Origin: an uncultured Gemmatimonadaceae bacterium | GTDB lineage: Bacteria; Gemmatimonadota; Gemmatimonadetes; Gemmatimonadales; Gemmatimonadaceae | Reading direction: 5' to 3' | DNA: 64,000 bases | NCBI GenBank assembly: GCA_963761305.1 | Contig: CAVXGK010000002.1 | Span: 2,688,001-2,752,000, forward strand | Shown: positions 9,103 to 18,410 of the stretch, piece by piece | Layout: every line of letters begins with the position of its first letter | Position numbering within the stretch: position 1 is the stretch's first letter | Program-made: the position numbers and the translations under genes | Notes under the pieces: model-generated | The model's input: only the letters and a program-made list of their open reading frames with translations | Database searches by the model: none | Told to the model about the DNA's origin: nothing

Positions 9103-11211
9103 CTAGTGCGCGGTCGCCAACTCCTCGTCCTTCTCCTTCGCCGACTCCTCGATGATCTTCTGCTGCGTCTCGTGCGGCGCTTCCTCGTATCCCTTGAAGC
9201 GCCGCTTGAACGAGGCGCGCCCCTGCGTCATCGACGAGACCGCACTCGAATAGCCGAACAGCTCGGCCTGGGGGACGATCGCGCGAATCCTCGTGGCGCC
9301 GTCGGCCGGCTCCGTGCCGAGAATGTGTCCGCGTCGCGACGACAGGTCGCCGAGCACATCCCCCATGTAGTCGTCTGGCGTCTCGATCTCCAACTCGTCG
9401 AGTGGCTCGAGCAACGTCGGTTTGCATTTGACGGCGACCGCCTTGAACGCCTGGATGCCCGCCATCTTGAACGACATTTCGTTCGAGTCGACGGTGTGGT
9501 ACGAACCATCGAACACCTCGGCCTGGAAGTCGACCAGCGGGTATCCTGCGAGGATACCGCGCACCGCGGCTTCCTGAATTCCACGGTCCACGGCCGGGAT
9601 GTACTGCCGCGGAATCGAGCCGCCGACGATCTCGTCAACGAACTGATAGCCGGCGCCACGCGGGAGCGGCGCGAACCTCACCCAGCAGTCGCCGAACTGG
9701 CCACGGCCGCCGGACTGTTTCTTGTGACGGCCCTGCCCCTCGGCTTTGCCTTTGAGCGTTTCGCGATAGGCGATGCGCGGCTTGGACAGCTCCGCCGTCA
9801 CGCCGAATTTCCGCTTGAGCTTCGACATCCCGACCTCGAGATGCCGCTCGCCGAGGCCCGACACGATCGTCTCGTGCGTCTCGGCGTTGTAGTGCACCTC
9901 GAACGTCGGGTCTTCGTCGTGCAGCCGATGGACACCGGCTTGGAGCTTTTCCTCGTCGGCGCGGTTCGCGGCATGCACGGCCATCTGGATGGCGCCTTCG
10001 GGAAACGCGATGAGCGGCAGACGCACCGGATGCTGGCGCGTCGACAGCGTGTCGTTCGTGTGCGTGTTGCGCAGCTTCGCCACGCAGCCGATGTCGCCGG
10101 CGTGGAGCGACTGGATCTCGATGCGCTCCTTCCCCTGCGCGACGGACAGGTGGTTGAGCTTTTCCAGACCGCTGCGCGTGGCGTTGTACAGCTCGTCGCC
10201 GTTGTGGATCGTGCCGGCGAAGAGCCGGAAGAACGTCACGTCGCCGACGTGCGGTTCGGACATCGTCTTGAACACGTGCGCGACCGGCGACGCCGTGTCC
10301 GTCGCGTGGATCTCCACCGTCGCGTCGCCCTCGGCGCCCGTGAACGCGTGCAGCTCTTCCATCTCGAACGCGTTCGGCATCAGCTCGACGATCGTCGAGA
10401 GGATGGCCTGCATGCCGTAGTTCAACTCGCTGGAGACGACGAAAAGGGGAAAGAGCTCCATCTTCTTCATCGCTTCCTTCATCGCGGCGATCGCTTCGTC
10501 ACGCGAGATCTCGGCCCCCTCGAGGTAGTGCTCGAGGAGCGTGTCGTCGGTGGCGGAGATGGATTCGATCAGCTCCGCGTAGTAGCGATCGAACAACTCC
10601 TTGGATTCGTCGGGAATCTCGGTCTCTTCGTACTCCCCGGTCTTGACGCCCTTCTTGTACTGGTGCGCCTTCTTGGTGAAGAGGTTGACGACGCCGTGGA
10701 AGCTGTGCGCCTGGCCGACGGGCACCTCGACCGGAATGACTTTGTTCGAGAGGCGCGTCTTGATCTGTTGATAGATGCGATCGAAGTCCGCGTGCTCCTT
10801 GTCCATCATCGAGACGACGAACAGCACCGGGTCGCGCCGCGCGACCGCTTCGCGGAACATCTTTTCGGTGCCGACCTCGACGCCCGCCGTCGCGGAGACG
10901 ACGACCAGCGCGCCGTCGGCGGCGGCGAGCCCCGCGACCGCATCGCCGTGGAAGTCGAGATATCCTGGCGTGTCGATGAGGTTGATCTTGTTGTCCTGCC
11001 ATTCGGCGAAGGCCGGACCCAGGTTGATCGAGTACCCGCGCTCGATCTCTTCCGCGGCGTGATCGGTGAGGGCGGTGCCGTCCTTCACCGATCCGTGCCG
11101 CTTGGAGCTTCCTGATACGAAGGCGAGCGCATCGACCAGACTGGTCTTGCCGCTCGCCCCGTGTCCCACCACCGCGATGTTGCGGATCTCCGACCCTTTG
11201 TATTCCCTCAT
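9103..11211 (-). CDS. fusA: Elongation factor G paralogue (EF-G2 type)
   Basis: 702 aa; GHGASGKT P-loop, RGYSI effector (canonical RGITI), DTPGY.DF, GLGERHL, KQSGGRGQFG, DGSYHTVDS; not within an str operon. Confidence 0.93.
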   Translation of the reverse strand: MREYKGSEIRNIAVVGHGASGKTSLVDALAFVSGSSKRHGSVKDGTALTDHAAEEIERGYSINLGPAFAEWQDNKINLIDTPGYLDFHGDAVAGLAAADGALVVVSATAGVEVGTEKMFREAVARRDPVLFVVSMMDKEHADFDRIYQQIKTRLSNKVIPVEVPVGQAHSFHGVVNLFTKKAHQYKKGVKTGEYEETEIPDESKELFDRYYAELIESISATDDTLLEHYLEGAEISRDEAIAAMKEAMKKMELFPLFVVSSELNYGMQAILSTIVELMPNAFEMEELHAFTGAEGDATVEIHATDTASPVAHVFKTMSEPHVGDVTFFRLFAGTIHNGDELYNATRSGLEKLNHLSVAQGKERIEIQSLHAGDIGCVAKLRNTHTNDTLSTRQHPVRLPLIAFPEGAIQMAVHAANRADEEKLQAGVHRLHDEDPTFEVHYNAETHETIVSGLGERHLEVGMSKLKRKFGVTAELSKPRIAYRETLKGKAEGQGRHKKQSGGRGQFGDCWVRFAPLPRGAGYQFVDEIVGGSIPRQYIPAVDRGIQEAAVRGILAGYPLVDFQAEVFDGSYHTVDSNEMSFKMAGIQAFKAVAVKCKPTLLEPLDELEIETPDDYMGDVLGDLSSRRGHILGTEPADGATRIRAIVPQAELFGYSSAVSSMTQGRASFKRRFKGYEEAPHETQQKIIEESAKEKDEELATAH

Positions 11212-11247
11212 ACGCGTCGAGTCTCCTGCCCGCCGCAGCGCGGCGGG

Positions 11248-11496
11248 CTACAACAATGTTCCGATGCGCGGGGCTTCCTCCAGCCACGCTCGCAGGGCGT
11301 CGTCGCTGACCGAGTCGTCGAGCGTCGTGAGCTCAACCGCGATTGCTCGAGCCGCCTGCCGCATCTCGGTGGCGCAGTTGAAGACGAGGACTCCGCCGCT
11401 CGCGGCAGCGCTCCACAGTCTTCCAATCGCGTCGGCGAACACGCGGACGTTGGTACTCGGGCCCTGGGCGGCGCTCTTGGCGGACAGCCTGGTCAT
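11248..11496 (-). CDS. Small hypothetical protein
   Basis: 82-aa ORF directly upstream of and co-oriented with the EF-G gene. Confidence 0.55.
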   Translation of the reverse strand: MTRLSAKSAAQGPSTNVRVFADAIGRLWSAAASGGVLVFNCATEMRQAARAIAVELTTLDDSVSDDALRAWLEEAPRIGTLL

Positions 11497-11661
11497 TCGT
11501 GACGCACCTGTTTCCGAGAGACTGTCTCTCGGAGACCGGGCGCGTCAAGGGGGCGGTCCCCCAACGGCGCACTCAACTGTCAACTTCTGGCCTGCCGAGT
11601 CGGGCATGAACCGCCGAGATTCCGCGGTCACCCCCACCGTTCATACTTTGGGTACCCCGCA

Positions 11662-12072
11662 ATGCACCGATCGATCGGGTTGGTCGCGCTGGTTGTCCGA
11701 GACTACGACGAGGCGATCGCCTTCTATGTAGGGGTGCTCGGCTTCTCCGTGGTCGAAGACCGGCCGGTCCCCGAACAGAACAAGCGGTGGGTCGTGGTCG
11801 CTCCGCCGGGCGCGACGGAATCGCGCCTGCTGTTGGCCCGCGCCGTCGGCCCGGAGCAATCGTCGCGCATCGGCAACCAGACAGGCGGACGGGTCTTTCT
11901 CTTCCTCCGCACCGACGATTTCTGGCGCGACTTTCACGCGTACGAGGCGAACGGCGTGATATTCGTCAGGTCGCCGAAGGAAGAGAGCTATGGAACGGTG
12001 GCCGTCTTTCAGGACCTGTACGGCAACCTGTGGGACCTGGTTCAGATGAAAGCCGAGAGGTCTGACGTCTGA
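11662..12072 (+). CDS. VOC/glyoxalase family protein
   Basis: VALVVRDYDEAIAFY, RWVVVAPPG, YGTVAVFQDLYGNLWDL. Confidence 0.92.
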   Translation: MHRSIGLVALVVRDYDEAIAFYVGVLGFSVVEDRPVPEQNKRWVVVAPPGATESRLLLARAVGPEQSSRIGNQTGGRVFLFLRTDDFWRDFHAYEANGVIFVRSPKEESYGTVAVFQDLYGNLWDLVQMKAERSDV

Positions 12073-12098
12073 AGTCAGATATCTGACGTCAGATGTCT
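12057..12098. repeat. Six heptamer repeats GANNTC(T/A) overlapping the VOC stop codon
   Basis: GAGGTCT GACGTCT GAAGTCA GATATCT GACGTCA GATGTCT. Confidence 0.75.
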
Positions 12099-12127
12099 CC
12101 GGCGGATTCCGAGTCCGAAATGCGAAA

Positions 12128-12154
12128 CGGGGGCGGCCCATTGGGCCGCCCCCG
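12128..12154. terminator. GC-rich hairpin between convergent genes
   Basis: CGGGGGCGGCCCA T TGGGCCGCCCCCG perfect inverted repeat. Confidence 0.7.
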
Positions 12155-12184
12155 CTTCATTCTGACAAGGTAGGGTTCTCTATC

Positions 12185-12724
12185 TCAATCTCCTTCGGTC
12201 TCGAACGCCAGCGCGTCTGCCAATCGCAGGCGTTCAATCATGGACTCGAGCGGCGTGAACACCGGTCCTGTGACTCCAACGATCGGCCCGATCGAGATAC
12301 TGATCGCCCGTCGGGCGCCTTCCGGCCAATCCGGCATCGACAACCCTGCCACCAACCGCCGGATCAACTGACCGCATTCCGCCAACAACTGCCTTGCTGT
12401 CGAGTGGAGCGTCTCCAGTGGAATCTCGAGATCGCTCGTCACGAGTCTCCCCGAAGGGTCCCTCCACGCCGCATCTCCTACTGCTCCCCGCTCAGGCCAC
12501 ACGCCGAGATGGCGGACTGCGTCGACCTGTCCATCGCTCGTTCGGTGCGACTCGACTGCTGCCGCGAGAGCCAGCGCAAGCGACTCCGGATTTGGTTCCC
12601 CGTACAGCGTCACGATGTCCCGGGACGGCCGTTCAGACGAATGCAACGGCGACGGAACGGAATTCACGTGCGCCAATACCGGCGAGTGATCGGGGTTCTC
12701 CTCGAGCATTACGAGGATGTCCAT
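12185..12724 (-). CDS. Hypothetical protein
   Basis: Start re-assigned to MDILV (AGGAGGGGG Shine-Dalgarno-like sequence just upstream); no family recognised. Confidence 0.55.
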   Translation of the reverse strand: MDILVMLEENPDHSPVLAHVNSVPSPLHSSERPSRDIVTLYGEPNPESLALALAAAVESHRTSDGQVDAVRHLGVWPERGAVGDAAWRDPSGRLVTSDLEIPLETLHSTARQLLAECGQLIRRLVAGLSMPDWPEGARRAISISIGPIVGVTGPVFTPLESMIERLRLADALAFETEGD

Positions 12725-12918
12725 TTCCCCCTCCTGGTATTGGTACTTCGGATACTGCGCAACTGCCCCGCTGTCCTGCCCTTCCACCGCGCTCTCCTCC
12801 CTTCTCCCTATGGCTCGAAACGTTGCCGAGTTTCAAACGAGGCCATCGGGCGCTTCACGAAATCCAACCCGATTCACGATCCAATGTTCCTTCTACAACT
12901 GCCTCGTACCACTGGTGG

Positions 12919-13419
12919 TCACATTCGCGTTTCGCCATGCGACGATTCGTGCATTGCGCCTGAATCCGGAACGTTCTGCGACGGCGCGACAGACAGCCAA
13001 ACTCCCACCGCGCACGACGCCGCGATCACCACCGCCAGCACGATTCGATCGCCCAACGCCAACACCGAGGCGAGTCCGTGGCCCGTCGACGTCGCGACCA
13101 CCCACGACAGCGCAAACTCGGCAATGCCTACGGCGAGGCCGGCGCTCGCCAACCGCCAACCACGTGTGACCAAGAACACAAAAGCCACGGCCCACATGAA
13201 GCTCAGCAAGACGTGGCAAACGAAACCGACCAACACCAACGCCGTCGTCTCGCTTGAACTAGTAGCATGAGCAAGCGTCGCGCCGATGGCGGCAAACGGT
13301 AGACGGATGCTCCCGAGGCGACGCCCCATGGCGATGAGCGCGCCGGTCGACGCCGACGCGACGATGCCACCCGCTACGACCACGGGCGCGACGCCACGGC
13401 GGGACACGGATTTCGGCAT
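12919..13419 (-). CDS. Hypothetical membrane protein (about 4 TM segments)
   Basis: Several long hydrophobic stretches; start taken at MPKS (alternative 13443). Confidence 0.65.
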   Translation of the reverse strand: MPKSVSRRGVAPVVVAGGIVASASTGALIAMGRRLGSIRLPFAAIGATLAHATSSSETTALVLVGFVCHVLLSFMWAVAFVFLVTRGWRLASAGLAVGIAEFALSWVVATSTGHGLASVLALGDRIVLAVVIAASCAVGVWLSVAPSQNVPDSGAMHESSHGETRM

Positions 13420-13524
13420 CGCGTGCGGGTCGGTCACACCCAAAGCAAATGATGCCCCCTCGCCGACTCAAGTGCCCGCGAAACGCTTGCTCCCGCCAAG
13501 CACCGCGCTGATCTTAGCCGAACG

Positions 13525-14232
13525 ATGCCGGGCTCGGCTCCGCGCCAATCGATTCTGATCATCGAGGACAACTCACGCCTCGTCGCCATGCTCGACCGCG
13601 CCCTGCGCGAGCAGGGTTACGGCGTGCGCTCGGCGCGCGACGGCGACGCAGGCCTGGTCAGCGCTCTCGACAACGAACCCGACCTCGTCATCCTCGACGT
13701 CGGTCTTCCGCGGCGAAACGGCTTTGACGTGGTCCGCGAGCTCCGCCGCGGCGGACTTCGCACCCCGACACTCATGCTCACCGCGAGGCGCGAGGTCGCT
13801 GACCGCGTGACCGGCCTCGAGGCGGGGGCCGACGACTACCTCGTCAAACCGTTCGACGTGGACGAGCTGGTCGCACGCGTACGAGCCCTGCTGCGCCGCG
13901 CGGCGACGCCGGAGCGCTCTCCGATTCTCGGCGTCGGCGACCTCGTTCTCGACCCCGTGGCCCGCACGGCTCGCCGCGGCGACCGCCAGCTGGCGCTGAC
14001 GCAGCGTGAGTTCGACTTGCTCGAATGCTTCATGCGGCATCCGGGCGAAGCGCTCGGACGCAACGCGATCGCACGCTACGTGTGGCACGAGATCGTCGAC
14101 GGCGGCGACAGCAACATCGTCGACGTGTACGTCGCCTACCTTCGCCGAAAGCTCGACGCCGAAGAGGAGACGCCGATGCTGCACACGCTGCGCGGCGTGG
14201 GCTACATGCTGCGCGCTCCGTCCGAAGACTGA
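13525..14232 (+). CDS. OmpR-family response regulator (no adjacent kinase)
   Basis: ILIIED, LVILDVGLP, LMLTAR, GADDYLVKPF, LTQREFDLL, NIVDVYVAYLRRK, TLRGVGY. Confidence 0.95.
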   Translation: MPGSAPRQSILIIEDNSRLVAMLDRALREQGYGVRSARDGDAGLVSALDNEPDLVILDVGLPRRNGFDVVRELRRGGLRTPTLMLTARREVADRVTGLEAGADDYLVKPFDVDELVARVRALLRRAATPERSPILGVGDLVLDPVARTARRGDRQLALTQREFDLLECFMRHPGEALGRNAIARYVWHEIVDGGDSNIVDVYVAYLRRKLDAEEETPMLHTLRGVGYMLRAPSED

Positions 14233-14268
14233 CGATCGTCGATACGACTCGCTGCGAGGACGTTCGAA

Positions 14269-14307
14269 AAGACGACGGCCCCGGCGAGATGCCGGGGCCG
14301 TCGTCTT
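14269..14307. terminator. Bidirectional terminator-like hairpin
   Basis: AAGACGACGGCCCCGGC GAGAT GCCGGGGCCGTCGTCTT, 17-bp perfect stem between convergent genes. Confidence 0.8.
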
Positions 14308-14329
14308 GTGTCGTCAACCGTCGGTCAGA

Positions 14330-15061
14330 TCAATGTCCGCCGCCGCCGTCGACAACCGGACCGCCGTCGTCGACGCAATCGGGATCATCGGGCGATGGAT
14401 CGCAGGGAAGTCCGCTGTAGACGTTGTAGCCGCTGAAGTGCTTGATGCGGCGCCACACGAGCCCGGTCGACAGATTCACGTGCGTCACGAGACTCGGATC
14501 GCGGCCGGCGTCCGTCTGTCCCGCGCCGCCGAGCGACGGCTCGTAGTAAATGCCGAGGAAGTGCAACGCCCCGGGGTTCGCCGCGAAGAAGTTCGAGAAC
14601 GTCGTGAGCGACAGCGCGTACGCGCTCGTCGAGATCGTGACGTTCGTGTTCGGATTGAATCGCAGAGCCGGCGAAAAATCCACCGAAAAACCGGAGCTCG
14701 TGAATCCGTAGGTCGCGGTGATCGTCACCGACTGACCGTCGGCGAGCGTCGCACACGGATCATCCCACGTGCCGGGGCCGTAGCTGCTCGCGGCCGGATC
14801 GCAGATCGAGTTCGCCGGGAAATTTAGAGAATACAAAGCGCCGACGGCGAACGAACCGCCAGCGGGCGTCACGGTGAACGAGGTCGATCGAAGGCCGCTG
14901 AAGAGCGCGCCAGAATTCCAATCGAGCGAGGGCGTACCGTTCGCCGGGGCGCGCCGGACTTCTGTTCCGCTCGGCGCAAGAGTCGATTCGCCGCAGCTCA
15001 TCGACAAGACTGCCAACATCGCCGCTCCGACAACAGGGAGGGCACTCGAAAAGCGCCGCAT
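14330..15061 (-). CDS. Hypothetical lipoprotein
   Basis: Signal peptide with lipobox-like SMSC; C-terminal IKHFSGY motif and Cys pairs. Confidence 0.8.
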   Translation of the reverse strand: MRRFSSALPVVGAAMLAVLSMSCGESTLAPSGTEVRRAPANGTPSLDWNSGALFSGLRSTSFTVTPAGGSFAVGALYSLNFPANSICDPAASSYGPGTWDDPCATLADGQSVTITATYGFTSSGFSVDFSPALRFNPNTNVTISTSAYALSLTTFSNFFAANPGALHFLGIYYEPSLGGAGQTDAGRDPSLVTHVNLSTGLVWRRIKHFSGYNVYSGLPCDPSPDDPDCVDDGGPVVDGGGGH

Positions 15062-15160
15062 GATTCACCAGCCATTTCTAAAGAACAACCAGCAAACACG
15101 TCCGTCGGCGGAGCGTAGATCGAAGCTAAGCTCGCTCCCACGGTTGTGCTAGCGTCAACT

Positions 15161-18100
15161 CTACGGCTGTGGTCGCTCTCTCGAAGACTCCAATGCGTCA
15201 AATCGTCTTGTCATCTCTGGATAGCCGAGCTTTTTGACTCGTACGGCGTACGCACGTACCAGTTCGGTGACACGCGGTCGGTCGATTCGGCCGACCGTTT
15301 CCGCGCACGCAGAGATGAGCCAGGCGGCGCAATAGACATCCGTTGATTCGGCCAGCTCAACCGAGCGGGCTAACCGTTGAACCGCATGTTGGCGCCTTTC
15401 GCCATCACCGGCGTCGGTCCGAATCTGCAGCGCTTCGACCACCTCTCGGCCAAGATACCAGTCAGTGCGATCCTTGGTCCGGCTCTCCAGCGACTGGATC
15501 GCCGCCAACGCGGCGTCGGCGTGCCCCAACTCGAGTGCGCACAACCCCGCGCCGGCCATGGCGCCCGCCTCGATGTCCGCTTGCCCGATGCGCTGCGCCA
15601 GGGAGATGGTTGTCTCGTACAGCTGCGTCGCCGATTCCCAGCGCCCGACTTCGCGCTCGACGTGCGCCATGTTGAACAGCGCCGCGAGCTGATATTCGCT
15701 GTGCTTCACGGCGACGAAGAGACCCAGCGCCTCGCCGAACAGATCGCGCGCCCTGTCATAGTCGCCGCACCGCTGCGACAGTACGCCGAGGTTGAGCGCC
15801 GCGAGTCCCCACATGTCGGGCATCCCGCCGGCGCGCCCCACCGTCATGCCGCGCGTGTACGCCTCGAAGGCCGCGTCGAGCCGCGACTCGAATTGCGCCA
15901 TGATGCCCATGTTGCTGTACGTCCTCGCCTGTCCGCGCGCGTCGCCGACGCTCTCGTACAGCGACAGCGCGCGCTCGAGAATCGAGTACGCGCGATTCGG
16001 CGCCTCGCTGAACATCGCGCCGCCGAGTCGCGTGACCGCGTCGGCCAGGAGCAGCGTGTCGCCGACTTGTTCCGCCATCGCCACGCCTTCCGCGGCGATG
16101 CGCTCCGAGGTTCGGCGATCGCCGAGCCGGCCATACGTCTGGGACATCATGAGCAACACGGCGACGCTCTCGTGGTCGAAGCCGAGCCGCTTGGCCTCGG
16201 CCTCGAGGACCTTGAGCGCCTCGAGCGTGACGAGCGCCGGCTGGCCGAGCTCCATCCGGGCTCGCTCGCGCAAGCGGCGCAGCGTGAGGGAACGCCGCTC
16301 GTCGCCCTGGCCGTCGAACCACTCGATGGCGAGATCGCAGAGCTCTTCGACTTCGTCGAAGCGTCCGCCCGTCTCGGACACGTGCGCGAGCGCGACGCGA
16401 ATCTCCGCCAGCTCGCCGGGACTCGTCGCGTTTCGAGCGGCGAGTTGCAGATACGCGCTCGCCGCGCCGAACGCGTGCACGCGCTCGGCCGCTTTCGCCG
16501 CGAGCTGCCCCCAGCGGTACGCGTCGGCTGATTCGCCCGCGGCGTCGTAGTGCAGCGCGATGTCGTCGGCGGAATCGGGACGCAGTTTTTCGAGCGCCTG
16601 CGCCACGCGCAGATGCAGCTGCCTTTGTTGCTGCTTGGGCAGGCCGTCGATCAACACCTCGGCGACGTCGTCGTGCGTGAACGCGAAGCTGCCGCGTTTG
16701 CGCTCACGCGTCGGACGCAGCAGTCCGGCGCTGGCCGCCTCCGACAACGCCAGACGCACGGCGAGCTCGCTGCCCGCGCCCGCGCCGACGAGAAGGTGCA
16801 CGTCGAATTCGCGACCGACGACTGCCGCCGTCCACAGCACGGCGTGTGTGCTGGCCGAAAAACGTTCGAGCCGGTGCGCGATGAGCGCCGTCCGCCCGGC
16901 GGAAATGCGCAGCTCGGAGACGGGCGTCCATTCCCACCGCGTCCCGTTGTGCCAGATGGAGCCGTCTTCCACCAATGCGCGAAGCAGGTGCCCGATGAAG
17001 AGCGGATTTCCCTCCGTGTGACGATAGATGAACGCGAGCAGCTCGCGTCCCACTTGCTGCCGGTGAAACGCGGCCTCGAGCCACTGCTTCACCTCGTCGC
17101 GCGTCAGGTTCGCGATCGTGATCTGGCGCGTGAGCTCCGGACGCGACGTCACGCGACGCATCCACCCGGCGTCGTTCGGGCCGTCCGTGCGGTACGTCAT
17201 GCAAATCATGATGCGGTCGCGATCCAGCTGTCCGATCAAGTGCTCGAGCGCGTCCCACGACGTGGAGTCGGCCCACTGCATCTCGTCGAGCACGAGAACG
17301 AGCGGCCGCCCCGACGCGAGCGATCGCACGTAGTCCGTCAGCTCCCCCAACAGCCGGAACTGGCTTCCGGTGCGCGGCACGGCGAGCGACTCCCCGAGCG
17401 CCGGCTCGAGGTGTTGCAGCTCGGCCCACTCGCGCTCGGGAGACGGCTGGAACACGTGCGTCGCGCGAAGGAGCGCGCGCCACACGCCGTACGGCTTGGG
17501 CAGCTGACGCTTGGGAGACGCAACGACGGCGAACAAGCCACCGCGGAGACGCGCTTCCGATTCGAGCTGCTGGAGGAGCGTCGCGGTTCCAGTCCCCGCC
17601 GCGCCCGACACGCTCACGACCCGCGGTTGACCGCCATTCGCTTCGTCGAGCCATTGCGTGAGCGACGCGAACTCCTGTCCGCGCCCGGCGAATCGGTCGA
17701 TCGACAGCGGACGGCGCAGCGCGTCGTGATGCGCGAGCGGCATCGCGGCGGCGCCGTCGCGGCCCTGCGCCTGAATTCTGGCGAGCGCGTCGACGGCCGC
17801 GTCGAGCACCGCTTCGTACGACTGGCCGTGATCCGGCGCCGCGGCCGCGCCTACCGAGAGCGTCCTCGCCCCGAATCCGTTGGCGAACCGATGCACCCGA
17901 ATGGCGGCACACAGACGGTCGCCGACCGCACGGCCATCGTCGGCGGTCGTGTTCGCCAGGACCATCACGACTCGCCCGCCGACGCGCCCGACCAGGTCGC
18001 CGCCGCGGAGCGAGGCTCCGATCATCTTGGCGACGGCCGTGTTGAGTACGTCGGCGTACTCGGCCTCTTCCGCGGGTTGCCAGTCAGCGGTTCCCGGCGG

Positions 18101-18229
18101 GGTCGAGGCCCGGCCGTCGACCTCGGCCACGACGACCGCGATCGGCCCGTGTCCCTTCCGGCCAGCCTCGGCCACCGCCGCCCTCGCGGCAGCGTCGAGC
18201 TCGTTTGCGTCCAAAAAGAGGTGCGACAT
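15161..18229 (-). CDS. Degenerate GGDEF + AAA/STAND-like ATPase + TPR signalling protein
   Basis: LRGGDLVGRVGG and LSVGAA..P.HG GGDEF-like fold; FAGRGQE, GAAGTGTA, VLVLDEMQWAD, TEGNPLF; C-terminal TPR-like repeats. Confidence 0.8.
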   Translation of the reverse strand: MSHLFLDANELDAAARAAVAEAGRKGHGPIAVVVAEVDGRASTPPGTADWQPAEEAEYADVLNTAVAKMIGASLRGGDLVGRVGGRVVMVLANTTADDGRAVGDRLCAAIRVHRFANGFGARTLSVGAAAAPDHGQSYEAVLDAAVDALARIQAQGRDGAAAMPLAHHDALRRPLSIDRFAGRGQEFASLTQWLDEANGGQPRVVSVSGAAGTGTATLLQQLESEARLRGGLFAVVASPKRQLPKPYGVWRALLRATHVFQPSPEREWAELQHLEPALGESLAVPRTGSQFRLLGELTDYVRSLASGRPLVLVLDEMQWADSTSWDALEHLIGQLDRDRIMICMTYRTDGPNDAGWMRRVTSRPELTRQITIANLTRDEVKQWLEAAFHRQQVGRELLAFIYRHTEGNPLFIGHLLRALVEDGSIWHNGTRWEWTPVSELRISAGRTALIAHRLERFSASTHAVLWTAAVVGREFDVHLLVGAGAGSELAVRLALSEAASAGLLRPTRERKRGSFAFTHDDVAEVLIDGLPKQQQRQLHLRVAQALEKLRPDSADDIALHYDAAGESADAYRWGQLAAKAAERVHAFGAASAYLQLAARNATSPGELAEIRVALAHVSETGGRFDEVEELCDLAIEWFDGQGDERRSLTLRRLRERARMELGQPALVTLEALKVLEAEAKRLGFDHESVAVLLMMSQTYGRLGDRRTSERIAAEGVAMAEQVGDTLLLADAVTRLGGAMFSEAPNRAYSILERALSLYESVGDARGQARTYSNMGIMAQFESRLDAAFEAYTRGMTVGRAGGMPDMWGLAALNLGVLSQRCGDYDRARDLFGEALGLFVAVKHSEYQLAALFNMAHVEREVGRWESATQLYETTISLAQRIGQADIEAGAMAGAGLCALELGHADAALAAIQSLESRTKDRTDWYLGREVVEALQIRTDAGDGERRQHAVQRLARSVELAESTDVYCAAWLISACAETVGRIDRPRVTELVRAYAVRVKKLGYPEMTRRFDALESSRERPQP

Positions 18230-18410
18230 TCCTTTACTTCGCCGTTGGGAGGACCGATATGCGGGTTCACTACCGTAGGAAACGACCGCGAACCCCGCAA
18301 GATCTTTTTACGACGACATTTGCGGCCCTCCCGGGGCTCACGGGTATGGTTAACGAGGCAGGCCGGCGGGCGTCTACCTAGACGGCACCTTCGGTCATCG
18401 GAACCCTTCC

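Noticed and set aside
8509..11115. 868-aa plus-strand ORF and other long antisense ORFs (909-2768, 16550-19297, 19338-21464, 45654-47585, 51913-53655)
   Set aside because: Shadow frames of well-supported genes in high-GC DNA; Arg/Ala-rich, no motifs
9103..11211. Novel translation factor or tetracycline ribosomal protection protein
   Set aside because: Length and motifs fit the known EF-G2 paralogue class
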